NCBI GenBank assembly: GCA_964490765.1
Contig: CAZBDV010000010.1
Location: forward strand, 2,451 to 66,450
DNA from: an uncultured Candidatus Cloacimonadota bacterium
Lineage (GTDB): Bacteria > Cloacimonadota > Cloacimonadia > Cloacimonadales > JAJBBL01
Reading direction: 5' to 3'
Length of the DNA stretch: 64,000 nucleotides
In this document: one piece after another, positions 9,049 through 19,125 of the stretch
Layout: each line of letters begins with the position of its first letter
Position numbering within the stretch: the first letter of the stretch is position 1
Notes under the pieces: model-generated
The model's input: only the letters and a program-made list of their open reading frames with translations
The model's database searches: none
Told to the model about the DNA's origin: nothing
Program-made: the position numbers and the translations under genes

Positions 9049-9413
9049 AACTTACCATCTTAGTATTATTTTTTTGATTACTGATAATACGTGCTGTCAG
9101 GCAGAAAACTTCTCTATAAATATCTAACCGGTATTACAAAGTCAGGCCAATACATAAGATTCATTTTATTTCCGATTGCAGTTTACTGAACTCACACATC
9201 ACGTAAATTGTTCATAACTCATACAAAGATATCTATTGTATAACAGCAGTCAATAGTTTTTTTCTTTATCTGTTATCCGTGAGGTTACAACTTAATAGCT
9301 GTTTGACCATTGCTGATTACCGGGGTTAGAGAATTTTTTCTTGATTATTACCCGGCTTGTATAGTAAGTGTATCCATTGATTTTAGGATACTGAGTAGTA
9401 TCAAGGAGAGAGT

Positions 9414-10472
9414 ATGGCAAAGAAGACGAGACGTTCTTTGAAGAGCGGCTTACCACCGGGTAGTCTGGTCTATATCGGTGAGGAAAAGACGAGTAAGATA
9501 AAAATCACCTCCATTCGTTATAACGAGTCAGAGGTGATTAGAGAGGAGTTCAGTAAGCCAGAACCGGAACTATTCAGTAAAGACTCTTATATCAGGTGGG
9601 TAAACCTTGATGGCTTACATAATGTCGAGCAGTTAAGAGAAATGGGGAATTTACTTAACATTCACATCCTGACCCTTGAGGATATTCTCAATACAGAGCA
9701 GAGGCCAAAATTAGAGGATTATGGTGACTATTATTTTATTGTTTTGAAGATGCTCTCTTATGATAGTAAAATCAGAGATATAGTAGAGGAGCAGGTCAGT
9801 ATCGTGATCAAAGACAACCTGATAGTTACTTTTCAGGAAAAGGAGGGTGATGTATTTCAGCCTGTCAGGGAGAGGATCAATACTGCCGGTACACGACTCA
9901 GGCGTATGGGGATTGACTTTCTGCTCTATGCTCTGATGGATGCGATCATCGATAACTATTTCATCATTCTGGAAAAGGTGGGTGATGAGATAGAGAATAT
10001 TGAAGAGTTGATTTTAGAGGATCCGGCAACAGAAGTCATGAAGCGTCTCTATATGTTGAAACGGAATGTCGTTCTGTTGAGAAGAACGATCTGGCCTATT
10101 AGGGAAGTGGTCGGCTTTCTGGAAAGGACCGATTCCAGACTGGTGAAGGAAGAGACGAAGATCTATTTCCGTGATCTCTATGATCATAGTATACAGGTTA
10201 TAGAGAACATCGAAAGCCTGCGAGACCTGATTGCCGGTATGGTCGATATCTATCTCTCGACTATCAGTAACCGGATGAATCAGGTAATGAAGGTCCTGAC
10301 TATCATAGCGACTATATTCATTCCGCTGACCTTTATAGCCGGGGTTTACGGAATGAACTTTCTTAATATGCCTGAACTGGAGTGGAAATTTGGTTATCCG
10401 TTAGTTTTGTTTCTGATGCTGATGATTGGAATTTTTATGTTATATCTGTTCAAACGGAAAAAGTGGTTGTAA
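9414..10472 (+). CDS. corA: Magnesium/cobalt transporter CorA
   Basis: C-terminal two TM helices with the YGMNF signature (GVYGMNFLNMPE). 352 aa. GGAGAG RBS. Confidence 0.9.
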   Translation: MAKKTRRSLKSGLPPGSLVYIGEEKTSKIKITSIRYNESEVIREEFSKPEPELFSKDSYIRWVNLDGLHNVEQLREMGNLLNIHILTLEDILNTEQRPKLEDYGDYYFIVLKMLSYDSKIRDIVEEQVSIVIKDNLIVTFQEKEGDVFQPVRERINTAGTRLRRMGIDFLLYALMDAIIDNYFIILEKVGDEIENIEELILEDPATEVMKRLYMLKRNVVLLRRTIWPIREVVGFLERTDSRLVKEETKIYFRDLYDHSIQVIENIESLRDLIAGMVDIYLSTISNRMNQVMKVLTIIATIFIPLTFIAGVYGMNFLNMPELEWKFGYPLVLFLMLMIGIFMLYLFKRKKWL

Positions 10473-10491
10473 CCAATAAAGAGAGGTAATT

Positions 10492-11283
10492 ATGAAGTAC
10501 TGGCAGCCCGTAAAAATCGAAGATGAGAAATATTACATAAGCAAGCTGGGACCTCTGGAAATCAGGCTCATCAAGATCGGTAATGAACTGAGACTAACGG
10601 AGAATTATCTGACAGAGGAGGTGAGAGCCGAAGAGGATTGGGAACAGATTGTTGTCCCTTTACAACCGGGAGAGAACACTTATTCAACAGCTTATAAACG
10701 GTGGGTAGTGCCGACAGGAGATTTATCACTCAGGATGGTTCCTGTTCTATCCGATCGCCCTATCCTGGTACAGCCTGAGAGTAAGATCCAGATCCTGCCT
10801 GACAGTAAAACGACGTTCTATGTTTCTCTGCCCGTCGTCTTAAGGATTACTACAGGGGAAGGGAGTATAATAACCGATATACCGACCCAGATTCTTTCCA
10901 ATACCTGGTTCGGAGAGCCTTTTGAAGGTGAACTCTGTTATGCAGTAAAATCGACAGCCAGAACCGAAATAGCAGACCGCACCGTCAAACCGTATGTCGC
11001 TATTTGCCCCATATTAGTAGAAAACCATTCACCCGCTAATTTCGCTTTTCAGCGTCTTTCGGTCCATACAGAGTATCTGGGTATCTATGTCGGAGTCAAG
11101 CATCTCTGGACAAACAGGATAGAGGTCAGGATAGAGGGTGAGGAGCAGGAGAGTCTGATAGATATCTCAGAATCTCCACCAGAGATCGAAGAGATTAAAG
11201 AACAGCTGTCCGCAGCCAGAGAGGTACCATCGAAGAAATTCCACAGGAAGATGTTCTCTGACTTCCCGTTTATCAAAGGTTAG
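10492..11283 (+). CDS. Hypothetical protein
   Basis: 263-aa ORF with RBS GAGAGG, 19 nt after corA and 9 nt before an MscS-family gene. No motif recognised. Confidence 0.6.
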   Translation: MKYWQPVKIEDEKYYISKLGPLEIRLIKIGNELRLTENYLTEEVRAEEDWEQIVVPLQPGENTYSTAYKRWVVPTGDLSLRMVPVLSDRPILVQPESKIQILPDSKTTFYVSLPVVLRITTGEGSIITDIPTQILSNTWFGEPFEGELCYAVKSTARTEIADRTVKPYVAICPILVENHSPANFAFQRLSVHTEYLGIYVGVKHLWTNRIEVRIEGEEQESLIDISESPPEIEEIKEQLSAAREVPSKKFHRKMFSDFPFIKG

Positions 11284-11292
11284 GAGTTTACT

Positions 11293-12159
11293 ATGTTGAC
11301 TACAATTTCAGAAACGATATCGAGATATCTCACACCGGAAGTCATCCGGACAGGAATCAGGGTAATAGTCATTATCTTTATCGGTCTTCCGCTGGTTAAG
11401 ATTTTATCCCGTTCTATCGGCAAAGCTATAGGTAAGAAGAAGGATTCACTTCAGACCGAAATGATCGTGACTAAGGGAATACTTTATACCGGGCTGGCAC
11501 TGATCTTCGTTGCATTGTTAAACGAATTCGGTTTTAAGATCTCGGTATTGCTGGGTGCTCTGGGTATATTCGGCCTGGCTCTCGGTTTTGCTTCTCAGAC
11601 GAGTGTATCCAATATTATCAGTGGACTGTTTCTCATAACAGAGAGACCGTGTGAGATCGGGGATATGGTCCAGATTGGTTCCACAACCGGAATAGTCCTC
11701 TCTATTGATATCCTCTCGACTAAACTCAGGACCTTCGATAACAGATATATCAGAATTCCGAACGAGACGATTCTCAAGACAGAGATGGTCAATATATCCA
11801 GATTTCCGATCCGGCGTATGGATCTCGATATCGGGGTAGCGTATAAAGAGGATATCCGGAGAGTTATCGCTGTCTTGAAGGATATAGCGGGAAAGAATCC
11901 CTACTGTCTGGAAGAACCGGCACCATTGATATTTCTCAACGGATTCGGTAGTTCTTCAATTAATATCAGATTTGCCATCTGGTTCGAGAAATCAGATTTC
12001 TTCAACCTGCGAACCAGTATCAATCTGGAGATCAAAGAGAGGTTCGATGCTGAAGGAATAGAGATCCCATTCCCGCATATCAGTGTATATACGGGTGAAG
12101 CAACAAAACCGCTGCCACTGAAGGTTACCGATTACAGTAAGAATTCAAAGCCGAGTTAG
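11293..12159 (+). CDS. Mechanosensitive ion channel, MscS family
   Basis: Pore-helix region GLALGFASQTSVSNIISGLFLITERPCEIGDMVQI followed by a beta domain. Confidence 0.85.
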   Translation: MLTTISETISRYLTPEVIRTGIRVIVIIFIGLPLVKILSRSIGKAIGKKKDSLQTEMIVTKGILYTGLALIFVALLNEFGFKISVLLGALGIFGLALGFASQTSVSNIISGLFLITERPCEIGDMVQIGSTTGIVLSIDILSTKLRTFDNRYIRIPNETILKTEMVNISRFPIRRMDLDIGVAYKEDIRRVIAVLKDIAGKNPYCLEEPAPLIFLNGFGSSSINIRFAIWFEKSDFFNLRTSINLEIKERFDAEGIEIPFPHISVYTGEATKPLPLKVTDYSKNSKPS

Positions 12160-12618
12160 AGTGCCACTCCCCTTATCTATCAGTATCAGATCAACATCTG
12201 CCTCTTCAAAGAGCTGTTGTGCAAGTTTGTCAGGGTAATCATCAAAGATGTATACTGTCTTGATTTCGGCATTGATAATTATCTTGGCACAAATACTGCA
12301 AGGGTGGTTCGTGCAGTAAAGCTCAGCACCTCTGGTTGAACTGCCGTTGATAGCGGCCTGGATAATAGCATTCTGCTCGGCATGGACACCACGACAGAGT
12401 TCATGCCGCTCTCCGGAAGGGACATTGTTGAGTTTTCGGATACATCCGGTATGTTCACAGTGAGCTATATGTTTCGGTGCTCCGTTGTATCCAGTTGAGA
12501 TAATCTGATTGTCTTTTACCAGAACGGCTCCGACCTTGCGTCTGAGACAGGTGGAACGTGATGAAACGAGAACTGCCATATCCATAAAATACTTTTGCCA
12601 GGTTGGGCGATTTTCCAT
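12145..12618 (-). CDS. dCMP deaminase (ComEB-type cytidine/deoxycytidylate deaminase)
   Basis: HAEQNAI and PCSICAK zinc-binding motifs. 157 aa. Confidence 0.85.
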   Translation of the reverse strand: MENRPTWQKYFMDMAVLVSSRSTCLRRKVGAVLVKDNQIISTGYNGAPKHIAHCEHTGCIRKLNNVPSGERHELCRGVHAEQNAIIQAAINGSSTRGAELYCTNHPCSICAKIIINAEIKTVYIFDDYPDKLAQQLFEEADVDLILIDKGSGTLTRL

Positions 12619-12838
12619 AGAGATTTCCTTTTTCCAGATTAAATAGAAATTCTCGCTCCGGCTCTCTGTGTCAAGTAATGTTTTGACCCGTGTTTATGGC
12701 TGGGAAAAGAAATTTGCTGGACTAATCCTCTCAGAAGTTGCAGGCAGGTTTCAGTAGTTAGTGAGCCAACAAATTACTTTACACGATTTCGTCTGGAAGT
12801 AAAGTTGAGAGAAGAAATAAAATGAGAAAGAAGTGTAG

Positions 12839-13459
12839 ATGAATATGATTAACAGAAGAGAGCAGATATTGATTCGCAGTATCCCGATGATAGTTTTGGG
12901 GCTCTCAGTCTTACTCTTCAATGCCTGCAGTAAAGGAACGGAAGAAGCAGAGATGTTCTTCAGGGTTAATGAAGAACTACTGGGAGAATATTATTCCGAT
13001 TCGCTATTAACGATCGATATGCGAATTCCAGTTGACTGGGTAGACATTACAGAAGAACTCAGGATGCTGGTTGATGAGATTTATGCCGAGAGTGGTGTTG
13101 ATTATGAGCAGGGGCTTAATTTCCTGAAGAGTTACGGAAACTTAGATGAGATTGTCTTTCTGTTATTGTTCGAGTTCGATCACAGCCTGATCAGCAATGA
13201 GCCTGAAGAGGCAATTCTGAGCTTTCTTGCCGACTTTTCTCAGACTACAGAAGTTCTGCAACAGGGGACTTATAGCCATAATGAGATCAGATTTCACCAG
13301 ATGACATCCCAGGATAACAATGGCCTGATCAATATCAAACTCTTCGGGTATAGTAACGAAACTACTCTGTTTGTTTTAGATTACTATATCCCCCGGGATA
13401 TATATGTTGATTATATTGAAACTATAGAGTCTTCCATCGGTTCACTTACAAAGCATTAA
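12839..13459 (+). CDS. Hypothetical lipoprotein
   Basis: Signal peptide with lipobox LLFNAC. No other motif. Confidence 0.6.
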   Translation: MNMINRREQILIRSIPMIVLGLSVLLFNACSKGTEEAEMFFRVNEELLGEYYSDSLLTIDMRIPVDWVDITEELRMLVDEIYAESGVDYEQGLNFLKSYGNLDEIVFLLLFEFDHSLISNEPEEAILSFLADFSQTTEVLQQGTYSHNEIRFHQMTSQDNNGLINIKLFGYSNETTLFVLDYYIPRDIYVDYIETIESSIGSLTKH

Positions 13460-13470
13460 AAGGAGGTTAT

Positions 13471-13767
13471 ATGTTGAAGAAAATCGTTACAATGCTAATA
13501 TTAGCTTTCCTCATGCTTGGTTTTGTAGCCTGTAGTACGCACATTCATACTGTAGGAAACGGACCTCAAACATATCAACAGAATGAAGCACGACAATGGT
13601 ATGTTTTGTGGGGTTTAGTACCTATTAACGATGTAGATACCAGCCAATTAGCTGAGGGTGCTACAGATTATGAGATAAAGACAGAACAGAGTTTTCTTGA
13701 TGTAGTGATAAACATATTTACAAGTGCTGTCACAGTATATTCCAGAACGGTGACAGTTACGAAATAG
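13471..13767 (+). CDS. Small lipoprotein, Bor/Iss-like
   Basis: Lipobox GFVAC, 98 aa. WYVLWGLVP...YEIKTEQSFLDVVINIFTSAVTVYSRTVTV parallels the Bor pattern (...KTETQQTF.NGLL.FIT.GIYTP...) recalled from memory. Confidence 0.55.
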   Translation: MLKKIVTMLILAFLMLGFVACSTHIHTVGNGPQTYQQNEARQWYVLWGLVPINDVDTSQLAEGATDYEIKTEQSFLDVVINIFTSAVTVYSRTVTVTK

Positions 13768-13822
13768 GACGGAATAAAGAGCCATGGAAGACTCTTTTTC
13801 CTATAACATTTGGAGAGTGATG

Positions 13823-16723
13823 ATGAAAAAAGGTTTATTAATATTCAGTATGATTATACTAATATCCGTTCTGCAGGCCGGACAGATCAGTTATCTGATA
13901 ACGCTCGACCGGTCAGAAGTCGCAGAAACCGATATTTTGCAGAGGCTCGATCTCTCGATCTATCATATCAGTGGTGATATTCTGATCACCGGTATCAATA
14001 GATTACAGGGATTGGATAGAGCGGGTATCAGTTACGAAGTAATCGATAATGATCCCTGGTCGGAGAAATACTACATAGTATCTGATAAAAGGGGTGAACA
14101 TATATCCATAGATCCTTCCTGGGGCAGAGTGATATACCGTGATGAAAAAATAGTCCTGATCAAAACTTCCCTCTTATCGGTAGAACAAATAACGAATATA
14201 CCCCACAGTATCACAGAGCTATATCCCAATCCGGTAAGATACAATTTCGAGAAGATCTATCCTTCACGTAATGCCAGGAAACCGATACAGAGAGATGATA
14301 TCGATACATTGCTCAACGAGATCAACCCGGACAGCCTTGGCTATTTCGTGCAGACGATGGAGAATTTCGTAACACGTTATTGCTTTGCCCCGAACAGGGA
14401 TGAAGTTGCTGACTGGATAAAGAATGAATTCTTAAGGTTCGGTTATACTGACGTCGTTGTTGATTCTTTCTATCAGAACAATGTCTGGCACAAGAATATC
14501 GTGACTACTATAGAGGGAACTGTTTCTCCCGATGAGATAGTCATCATTGGAGGACATCACGACTCTATAACCTCAGCATCTTACAGTAACCCGTCCAACC
14601 CCGCTCCCGGTGCCGATGATAACGCTACCGGGTCCGGAGCAGCAATGGAGATAGCCCGGGCAATGAAGGCAGTAAATTTTGAACCGGAGACTACGATCCG
14701 CTTTATCACATTCGCCGCTGAAGAGGTGGGACTCTGGGGTAGTCATCATTATGCCCAGCAGGCATACGATAACGGGATGAACATCAAGTTGATGATCAAT
14801 AACGACATGATAGGATATACCCCGTATGGCCCTGGAAACTGGACAATCAATCTCATAGAATACAGTGGTTTCGAAAATGAAGCCAATCTGGCCCGCCAGA
14901 TCATTGATCTCTATACTGATATTACTACTGTAACGAACGACTATAATTCTGCCTATTCAGACAGTTATCCCTTCTGGACAAGAGGATTTCCACCCATTTT
15001 CTTTATTGAAACCGATTTCAACCCTTATTATCATACCGTTAATGACCTATTTGTCCATATTGATATGGATTATGCTGTAGAGACCGTTAGAGGCTCCGCA
15101 GCGATAGCTGCTATGGTCAATGCCATCCCTTCTATACCGGAGGAATTCGTCGTTATCGATGCAGGTAATGGTTCAGAACTCAACCTGCAATGGGCTCCTG
15201 TTTCCTCCACCCCCATAGAGCATTATGAAATAGCGGTCGGACTGAGCAGTGGGAACTATACAGAGTATTATACTACAGAGGACACTCTTTATACTCTCTC
15301 TGGCCTTGATGAGGGGGTAACTTACTATATCGGGCTGAATGCAGTCAGTATAAACGGTTATGAGAGTGCCGTAATAGAGAAATTTGGAGTTCCCAGGACA
15401 GTTCCCCTGACTCCTGCAAATTTTGCCGATCTTCCACAGAGCGGTCATATAGAGCTGAGCTGGTCACCTAATCTGGAAGCAGATCTGGCTGGATATAACG
15501 TTTACAGATCTGAAAATCCGGAAGAGATCGGTTATCAACTCAATCAGGAACCGATAGTTACAGAATTCTATAACGATACCGAAGCAGAACCGGCAATGTA
15601 TTATTATTACAGCCTGACAGCGCTAGACGAAACCGGTAATGAGAGTGAAGCAACAGAGCAGGTCAGGTCAAGGCTGGTTACTATGGATCAGGGGGTTTTG
15701 ATTGTAGCCGACACTCCAGACGGTAACGGCAGCTTTCAGAATCCGTCCATAGAGAGTACAACCGAGTTCTACAATCAAATACTTAGTAATTATTCTCCCG
15801 ACATCTACCCCTTATGGGAAGAAGCTGAGGTAAAATTAGCCGATCTGGGGGCCTATTCGACAATTATCTGGCACAAGAACAACGGTTCGATGAATGTATA
15901 TGATAGCGGAACGATAAGTTCGATAAAGCAGTTTCTCGACCTTGGAGGGAATATCCTCTTTTCTCTCTATTTCCCCGGAAATCTTCTGGGGGGTGTTAAC
16001 CAGTATCCTTCGGAATTTGTCGATGGTGATTTTATATACGATTATCTGATGGTGGATCAGGTATATCGTAATAGTACAGCACGTTTCGATGCAGCCGAAC
16101 CACTCACCGATAGCTATCCGCTGATCTCAGTCGATGCAGAGAAAGCTCCTGAAGGGCTGGAATATCATATCATTAATATCGAAAGTATCAGACCCCGAAT
16201 ACCGGGAATAGCTATCTATGCCTACTCTTCATCGTTTCCTGAGGGAACTCCCGGAGCGGTAATGAATGACCTGCCCGTTGGTGTCGAATATATCGGTGAT
16301 GATTACAAATCTATCCTTTTGAGCTTTCCGCTCTATTACATGGAAGAAGATGATGCCCGTGATCTGATTAACTACATTATGGATGAGAAGTTCAACGAAA
16401 CAACCGGTGTAGAAGACGAGCAGGAACTCATCCTGCCCGGCAGCAGGAACTTCACCCTCTATCCGAATTATCCCAATCCCTTTAATCCAGAGACGGTTAT
16501 CAGGTATAGCTTGAGAGAGGAAACTGATATCGAACTAGCTATTTACAATATCAGGGGGCAGAAGATCAGGCTGCTTGATAGAGGTAAAAGAGAAGCGGGT
16601 GAACACAGTATAGTCTGGAACGGAAGGGATGACTCAGATAGAGAGGCCGCCAGCGGTATCTATTTTTTCAGATTGCATACCGACAGTGGTGATGAACTCA
16701 GGAAGATGTTACTGATAAAGTAA
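13823..16723 (+). CDS. Secreted M28-family aminopeptidase with Fn3-like domains and a T9SS C-terminal sorting domain
   Basis: M28 metal ligands GGHHDS, GADDNATGSGAAMEIAR, FAAEEVGLWGS, NNDMIG. GYNVYRS...YYYSLTALD Fn3-like modules. C-terminus YPNYPNPFNPETVIRYSL...SGIYFFRL...RKMLLIK. Start chosen at the ATG after GGAGAG (track start 13784). Confidence 0.85.
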   Translation: MKKGLLIFSMIILISVLQAGQISYLITLDRSEVAETDILQRLDLSIYHISGDILITGINRLQGLDRAGISYEVIDNDPWSEKYYIVSDKRGEHISIDPSWGRVIYRDEKIVLIKTSLLSVEQITNIPHSITELYPNPVRYNFEKIYPSRNARKPIQRDDIDTLLNEINPDSLGYFVQTMENFVTRYCFAPNRDEVADWIKNEFLRFGYTDVVVDSFYQNNVWHKNIVTTIEGTVSPDEIVIIGGHHDSITSASYSNPSNPAPGADDNATGSGAAMEIARAMKAVNFEPETTIRFITFAAEEVGLWGSHHYAQQAYDNGMNIKLMINNDMIGYTPYGPGNWTINLIEYSGFENEANLARQIIDLYTDITTVTNDYNSAYSDSYPFWTRGFPPIFFIETDFNPYYHTVNDLFVHIDMDYAVETVRGSAAIAAMVNAIPSIPEEFVVIDAGNGSELNLQWAPVSSTPIEHYEIAVGLSSGNYTEYYTTEDTLYTLSGLDEGVTYYIGLNAVSINGYESAVIEKFGVPRTVPLTPANFADLPQSGHIELSWSPNLEADLAGYNVYRSENPEEIGYQLNQEPIVTEFYNDTEAEPAMYYYYSLTALDETGNESEATEQVRSRLVTMDQGVLIVADTPDGNGSFQNPSIESTTEFYNQILSNYSPDIYPLWEEAEVKLADLGAYSTIIWHKNNGSMNVYDSGTISSIKQFLDLGGNILFSLYFPGNLLGGVNQYPSEFVDGDFIYDYLMVDQVYRNSTARFDAAEPLTDSYPLISVDAEKAPEGLEYHIINIESIRPRIPGIAIYAYSSSFPEGTPGAVMNDLPVGVEYIGDDYKSILLSFPLYYMEEDDARDLINYIMDEKFNETTGVEDEQELILPGSRNFTLYPNYPNPFNPETVIRYSLREETDIELAIYNIRGQKIRLLDRGKREAGEHSIVWNGRDDSDREAASGIYFFRLHTDSGDELRKMLLIK

Positions 16724-16748
16724 GGAAGATGTAAAGATTAATAGCTTA

Positions 16749-17906
16749 TTATGGCCCTTCGAGCGCCGAGGAAACGAGATCTTTGAGTTCTTCGTCGATT
16801 CTCCAGCTCCAGAGTGAGAGGGCAGATCTGCCATTATTATCGGTAAGCCCGGCATCACAGCCATGTTCAAGTAGTAGTTTGGTTATTTGATAATTTCCTG
16901 TAGCAAGGGCGTGAAAGAGGGAAGACCAACCGTTCTCATCAACAGCATTGACCTCGGCACCTTCTCTCAGTAAAATCCTTACTGGTTCTACTGCTCCCAG
17001 TTTAACACCCCTGATCAGGGGTGTTTCTTCAAACTGTAGTTCACGGATATCAGGATCAGCGCCTGCCTCAATAAGTTCAGCTACCAGTGCAGGATTATTC
17101 TCTTCTATTGCCAGGAAGATAGCAGGGAGATCATACCGCACGTCTCTAACATCGGGATCTGCACCCCCCTTCAGCAGGAGAGAGACTATCCGCTCATTAC
17201 GCTGATAGATCGCTTCGATAAGGGGATACTCACCTTTTGCTGTCTTCAACTCCGGATTGGCACCATACTGTATATGCAATTCAACCATCGAAATGTCGTT
17301 ATTGGCTACTGCAGATAACAAGGGAGTCCAGCGGTATCTGTCACTACGGTTGACCTGAGCACCTTTTGAGAGAAGCAGTTCTGCGACACGGCGATGTTGA
17401 AACAATTGAGCATATCTCAGAGGGGTCAGCCCATCTTCGTCCGGCCTGTCTATTTCTGCTCCGCTGTTAATCAATAATTCTACGGTCTCATAATGACCAT
17501 TTCTCGAACCGAGTAGCAGTGGGGTGAAAGAATCCCGGTCTATAAAATCGGGATCGGAACCGATAGCCAAAAGAAGTTCTGTTGTATGGACATATCCTTT
17601 ACCAGCTGCCCTGACCAGATCATCAGGCCGAAAATGGAGTTTTAATTCTATACGCCTGACTACCGGAATATCGTCTATGCCTGTAGTCAGGATCTTGCTC
17701 AATTCACTCTCCAGAACCTCCAGATCGGGAAATCTGCCCAGCTCGATTAAAAGCTCTATTATTTGCTCCATTGTTCTGTCCCTTTCCTCTATCTCGGGAA
17801 TTACTGCGTTGCCGGCTGTATCATCCGACGTATCTCCAGACAGCAGAGGAAGGATCACAATACAGGAGAGTATTGTCAGAAATAATAGTTTTGCAAAGAA
17901 ACTCAT
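16749..17906 (-). CDS. Secreted ankyrin-repeat protein
   Basis: N-terminal signal peptide (FFAKLLFLTILSCIVILPLLSG), then about 8 ANK repeats (e.g. TPLLLGSRNGHYETVELLINSGAEID, TPLLSAVANNDISMVELHIQYGANP). ATGA overlap with folA. Confidence 0.85.
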   Translation of the reverse strand: MSFFAKLLFLTILSCIVILPLLSGDTSDDTAGNAVIPEIEERDRTMEQIIELLIELGRFPDLEVLESELSKILTTGIDDIPVVRRIELKLHFRPDDLVRAAGKGYVHTTELLLAIGSDPDFIDRDSFTPLLLGSRNGHYETVELLINSGAEIDRPDEDGLTPLRYAQLFQHRRVAELLLSKGAQVNRSDRYRWTPLLSAVANNDISMVELHIQYGANPELKTAKGEYPLIEAIYQRNERIVSLLLKGGADPDVRDVRYDLPAIFLAIEENNPALVAELIEAGADPDIRELQFEETPLIRGVKLGAVEPVRILLREGAEVNAVDENGWSSLFHALATGNYQITKLLLEHGCDAGLTDNNGRSALSLWSWRIDEELKDLVSSALEGP

Positions 17907-18424
17907 CTATTCACGCTTCTCACATATATGAGGAAATCGTGCTCGTACTGGTTCTTTTCATCTCTAATCCCCTTTCTGGTAGATACCAGCTGCCATTCCC
18001 GTTCATCAAACTCCGGGAAGTGTGTATCACCGGGGAAATCTTTATGGATCCTCGTAATGTATAGCTTCTGTGCTTGAGGGAGAAAGAGTTTGAAGAGTTC
18101 AGCCCCACCTATAACGAATAACTCTTTATCTCTCCAGGAACCATTGCGAGATTTATTTTGCCAGAGTTGCTGAAACTCGGTGATATCGGCCACACGGCAG
18201 ACATCGTCATCTATCTCATTGCTGGAGAATATGACATTGATCCGGCCCGGTAGTGGTTTGCCTATCGATTCATAAGTCCGCCTGCCCATGATCACAATAT
18301 TATCCCAGGTCAAAGATTTAAAATATTGCAGGTCGGAAGGCAAATACCAGGGCATTCTGTTCCCTTCTCCAATTACACCATTTGCTGCTATGGCTACGAT
18401 GAGCGAGACATACGGTTTATTCAT
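17903..18424 (-). CDS. folA: Dihydrofolate reductase
   Basis: SLIVAIAANGVIGEGNRMPWYLPSDLQYFK...IVIMGRRTYESIGKPLPGRINVIFSS aligns with canonical DHFR. Confidence 0.9.
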   Translation of the reverse strand: MNKPYVSLIVAIAANGVIGEGNRMPWYLPSDLQYFKSLTWDNIVIMGRRTYESIGKPLPGRINVIFSSNEIDDDVCRVADITEFQQLWQNKSRNGSWRDKELFVIGGAELFKLFLPQAQKLYITRIHKDFPGDTHFPEFDEREWQLVSTRKGIRDEKNQYEHDFLIYVRSVNR

Positions 18425-19022
18425 CCAAAAACTTGATTACCTCTCCATCGGGGATGGGACGGACTTTTCCACCACTGTTCATATCCCTGACACCACCTGC
18501 GGTTATATGAGCTTCATCCGTATAACCTCTGTTTTCCCAATAACCGGATACATAGTCCTTAGAGAAAATAACTTCTACGACACTCTTGGCCGATTTATAA
18601 CCCCAGAGATAGGGGCAAAAGATCCTGACAGGGCCACCATAATCTTCATCAAGCAGTTCCCCGTCGAATTCGTAAGCGAGAAGAGTCTTCTCCTTCATAG
18701 CTATATCAAGGGGTATCGAAGTATCATACTTCTTGCCGACAGACCAGAAGCGAACGAAACCAGTCTCCGGTTTTATTCCTGCCAGTTCAGCGATATCGGA
18801 AAGCCTGACACCACCCCAGTGGCCGAATACCGAAAAACGGGTTACACTCGTCAATCTCCCCTCTACTACAGTTTTTGGTAGCTTGATTATCTCTTCCCAG
18901 CTCAAAATACCAGGCTTCTCACAGGTTCCTTTGATCTCGACCTGCCAGTTGTTACGGTCCAGTTTACCTGGATGTCCCTCTGCCCAGAATATAGGGGTAT
19001 CTAAATCTTTCAGTTTACTCAA
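18417..19022 (-). CDS. Small cytoplasmic sulfite-oxidase-fold (molybdopterin-binding oxidoreductase-like) protein
   Basis: 201 aa. LSWEEIIKLP...LTSVTRFS...LLAYEFDGELL...GGPVRIFCPYLWGYKSAKSVVEV matches the small SUOX-like family pattern (...HCVTRWS...LLAY..dGepL...G.PlRlvvP.lyfwKsakwl). TTG start, no signal peptide. Confidence 0.7.
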   Translation of the reverse strand: MSKLKDLDTPIFWAEGHPGKLDRNNWQVEIKGTCEKPGILSWEEIIKLPKTVVEGRLTSVTRFSVFGHWGGVRLSDIAELAGIKPETGFVRFWSVGKKYDTSIPLDIAMKEKTLLAYEFDGELLDEDYGGPVRIFCPYLWGYKSAKSVVEVIFSKDYVSGYWENRGYTDEAHITAGGVRDMNSGGKVRPIPDGEVIKFLDE

Positions 19023-19125
19023 AACTCCTCCTCGTCTCCTCTGACTCTATTTGCTGAGTGAAAAATCTCTCGATATATACTGTCAACTTTCTCGTAGATA
19101 TATCGTATCAAATTTTCAGCTATAA

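Noticed and set aside
9049-9413. Mg2+ (M-box) riboswitch in the 365-bp leader of corA
   Set aside because: The region is AT-rich with none of the conserved G/C-rich M-box helices I can recall. It most likely holds only a promoter and 5' UTR. A covariance-model scan would settle it.
12697-12718. Sigma-54-like sequence TGGCTGGGAAAAGAAATTTGCT upstream of the lipoprotein/M28 gene group
   Set aside because: The GG-to-GC spacing is off by one in every register, and sigma-54 promoters do not tolerate that.
18288-18881. Long antisense ORFs inside large genes (e.g. 18288..18881, 19384..19965, 20005..20505, 21783..22244, 24405..24887, 40441..40893, 44858..45373, 49814..50278, 51768..52352, 55214..55702, 55793..56332)
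   Set aside because: Each is fully embedded opposite a gene with strong motif support. They have no RBS and no recognisable motifs. They are typical shadow ORFs.
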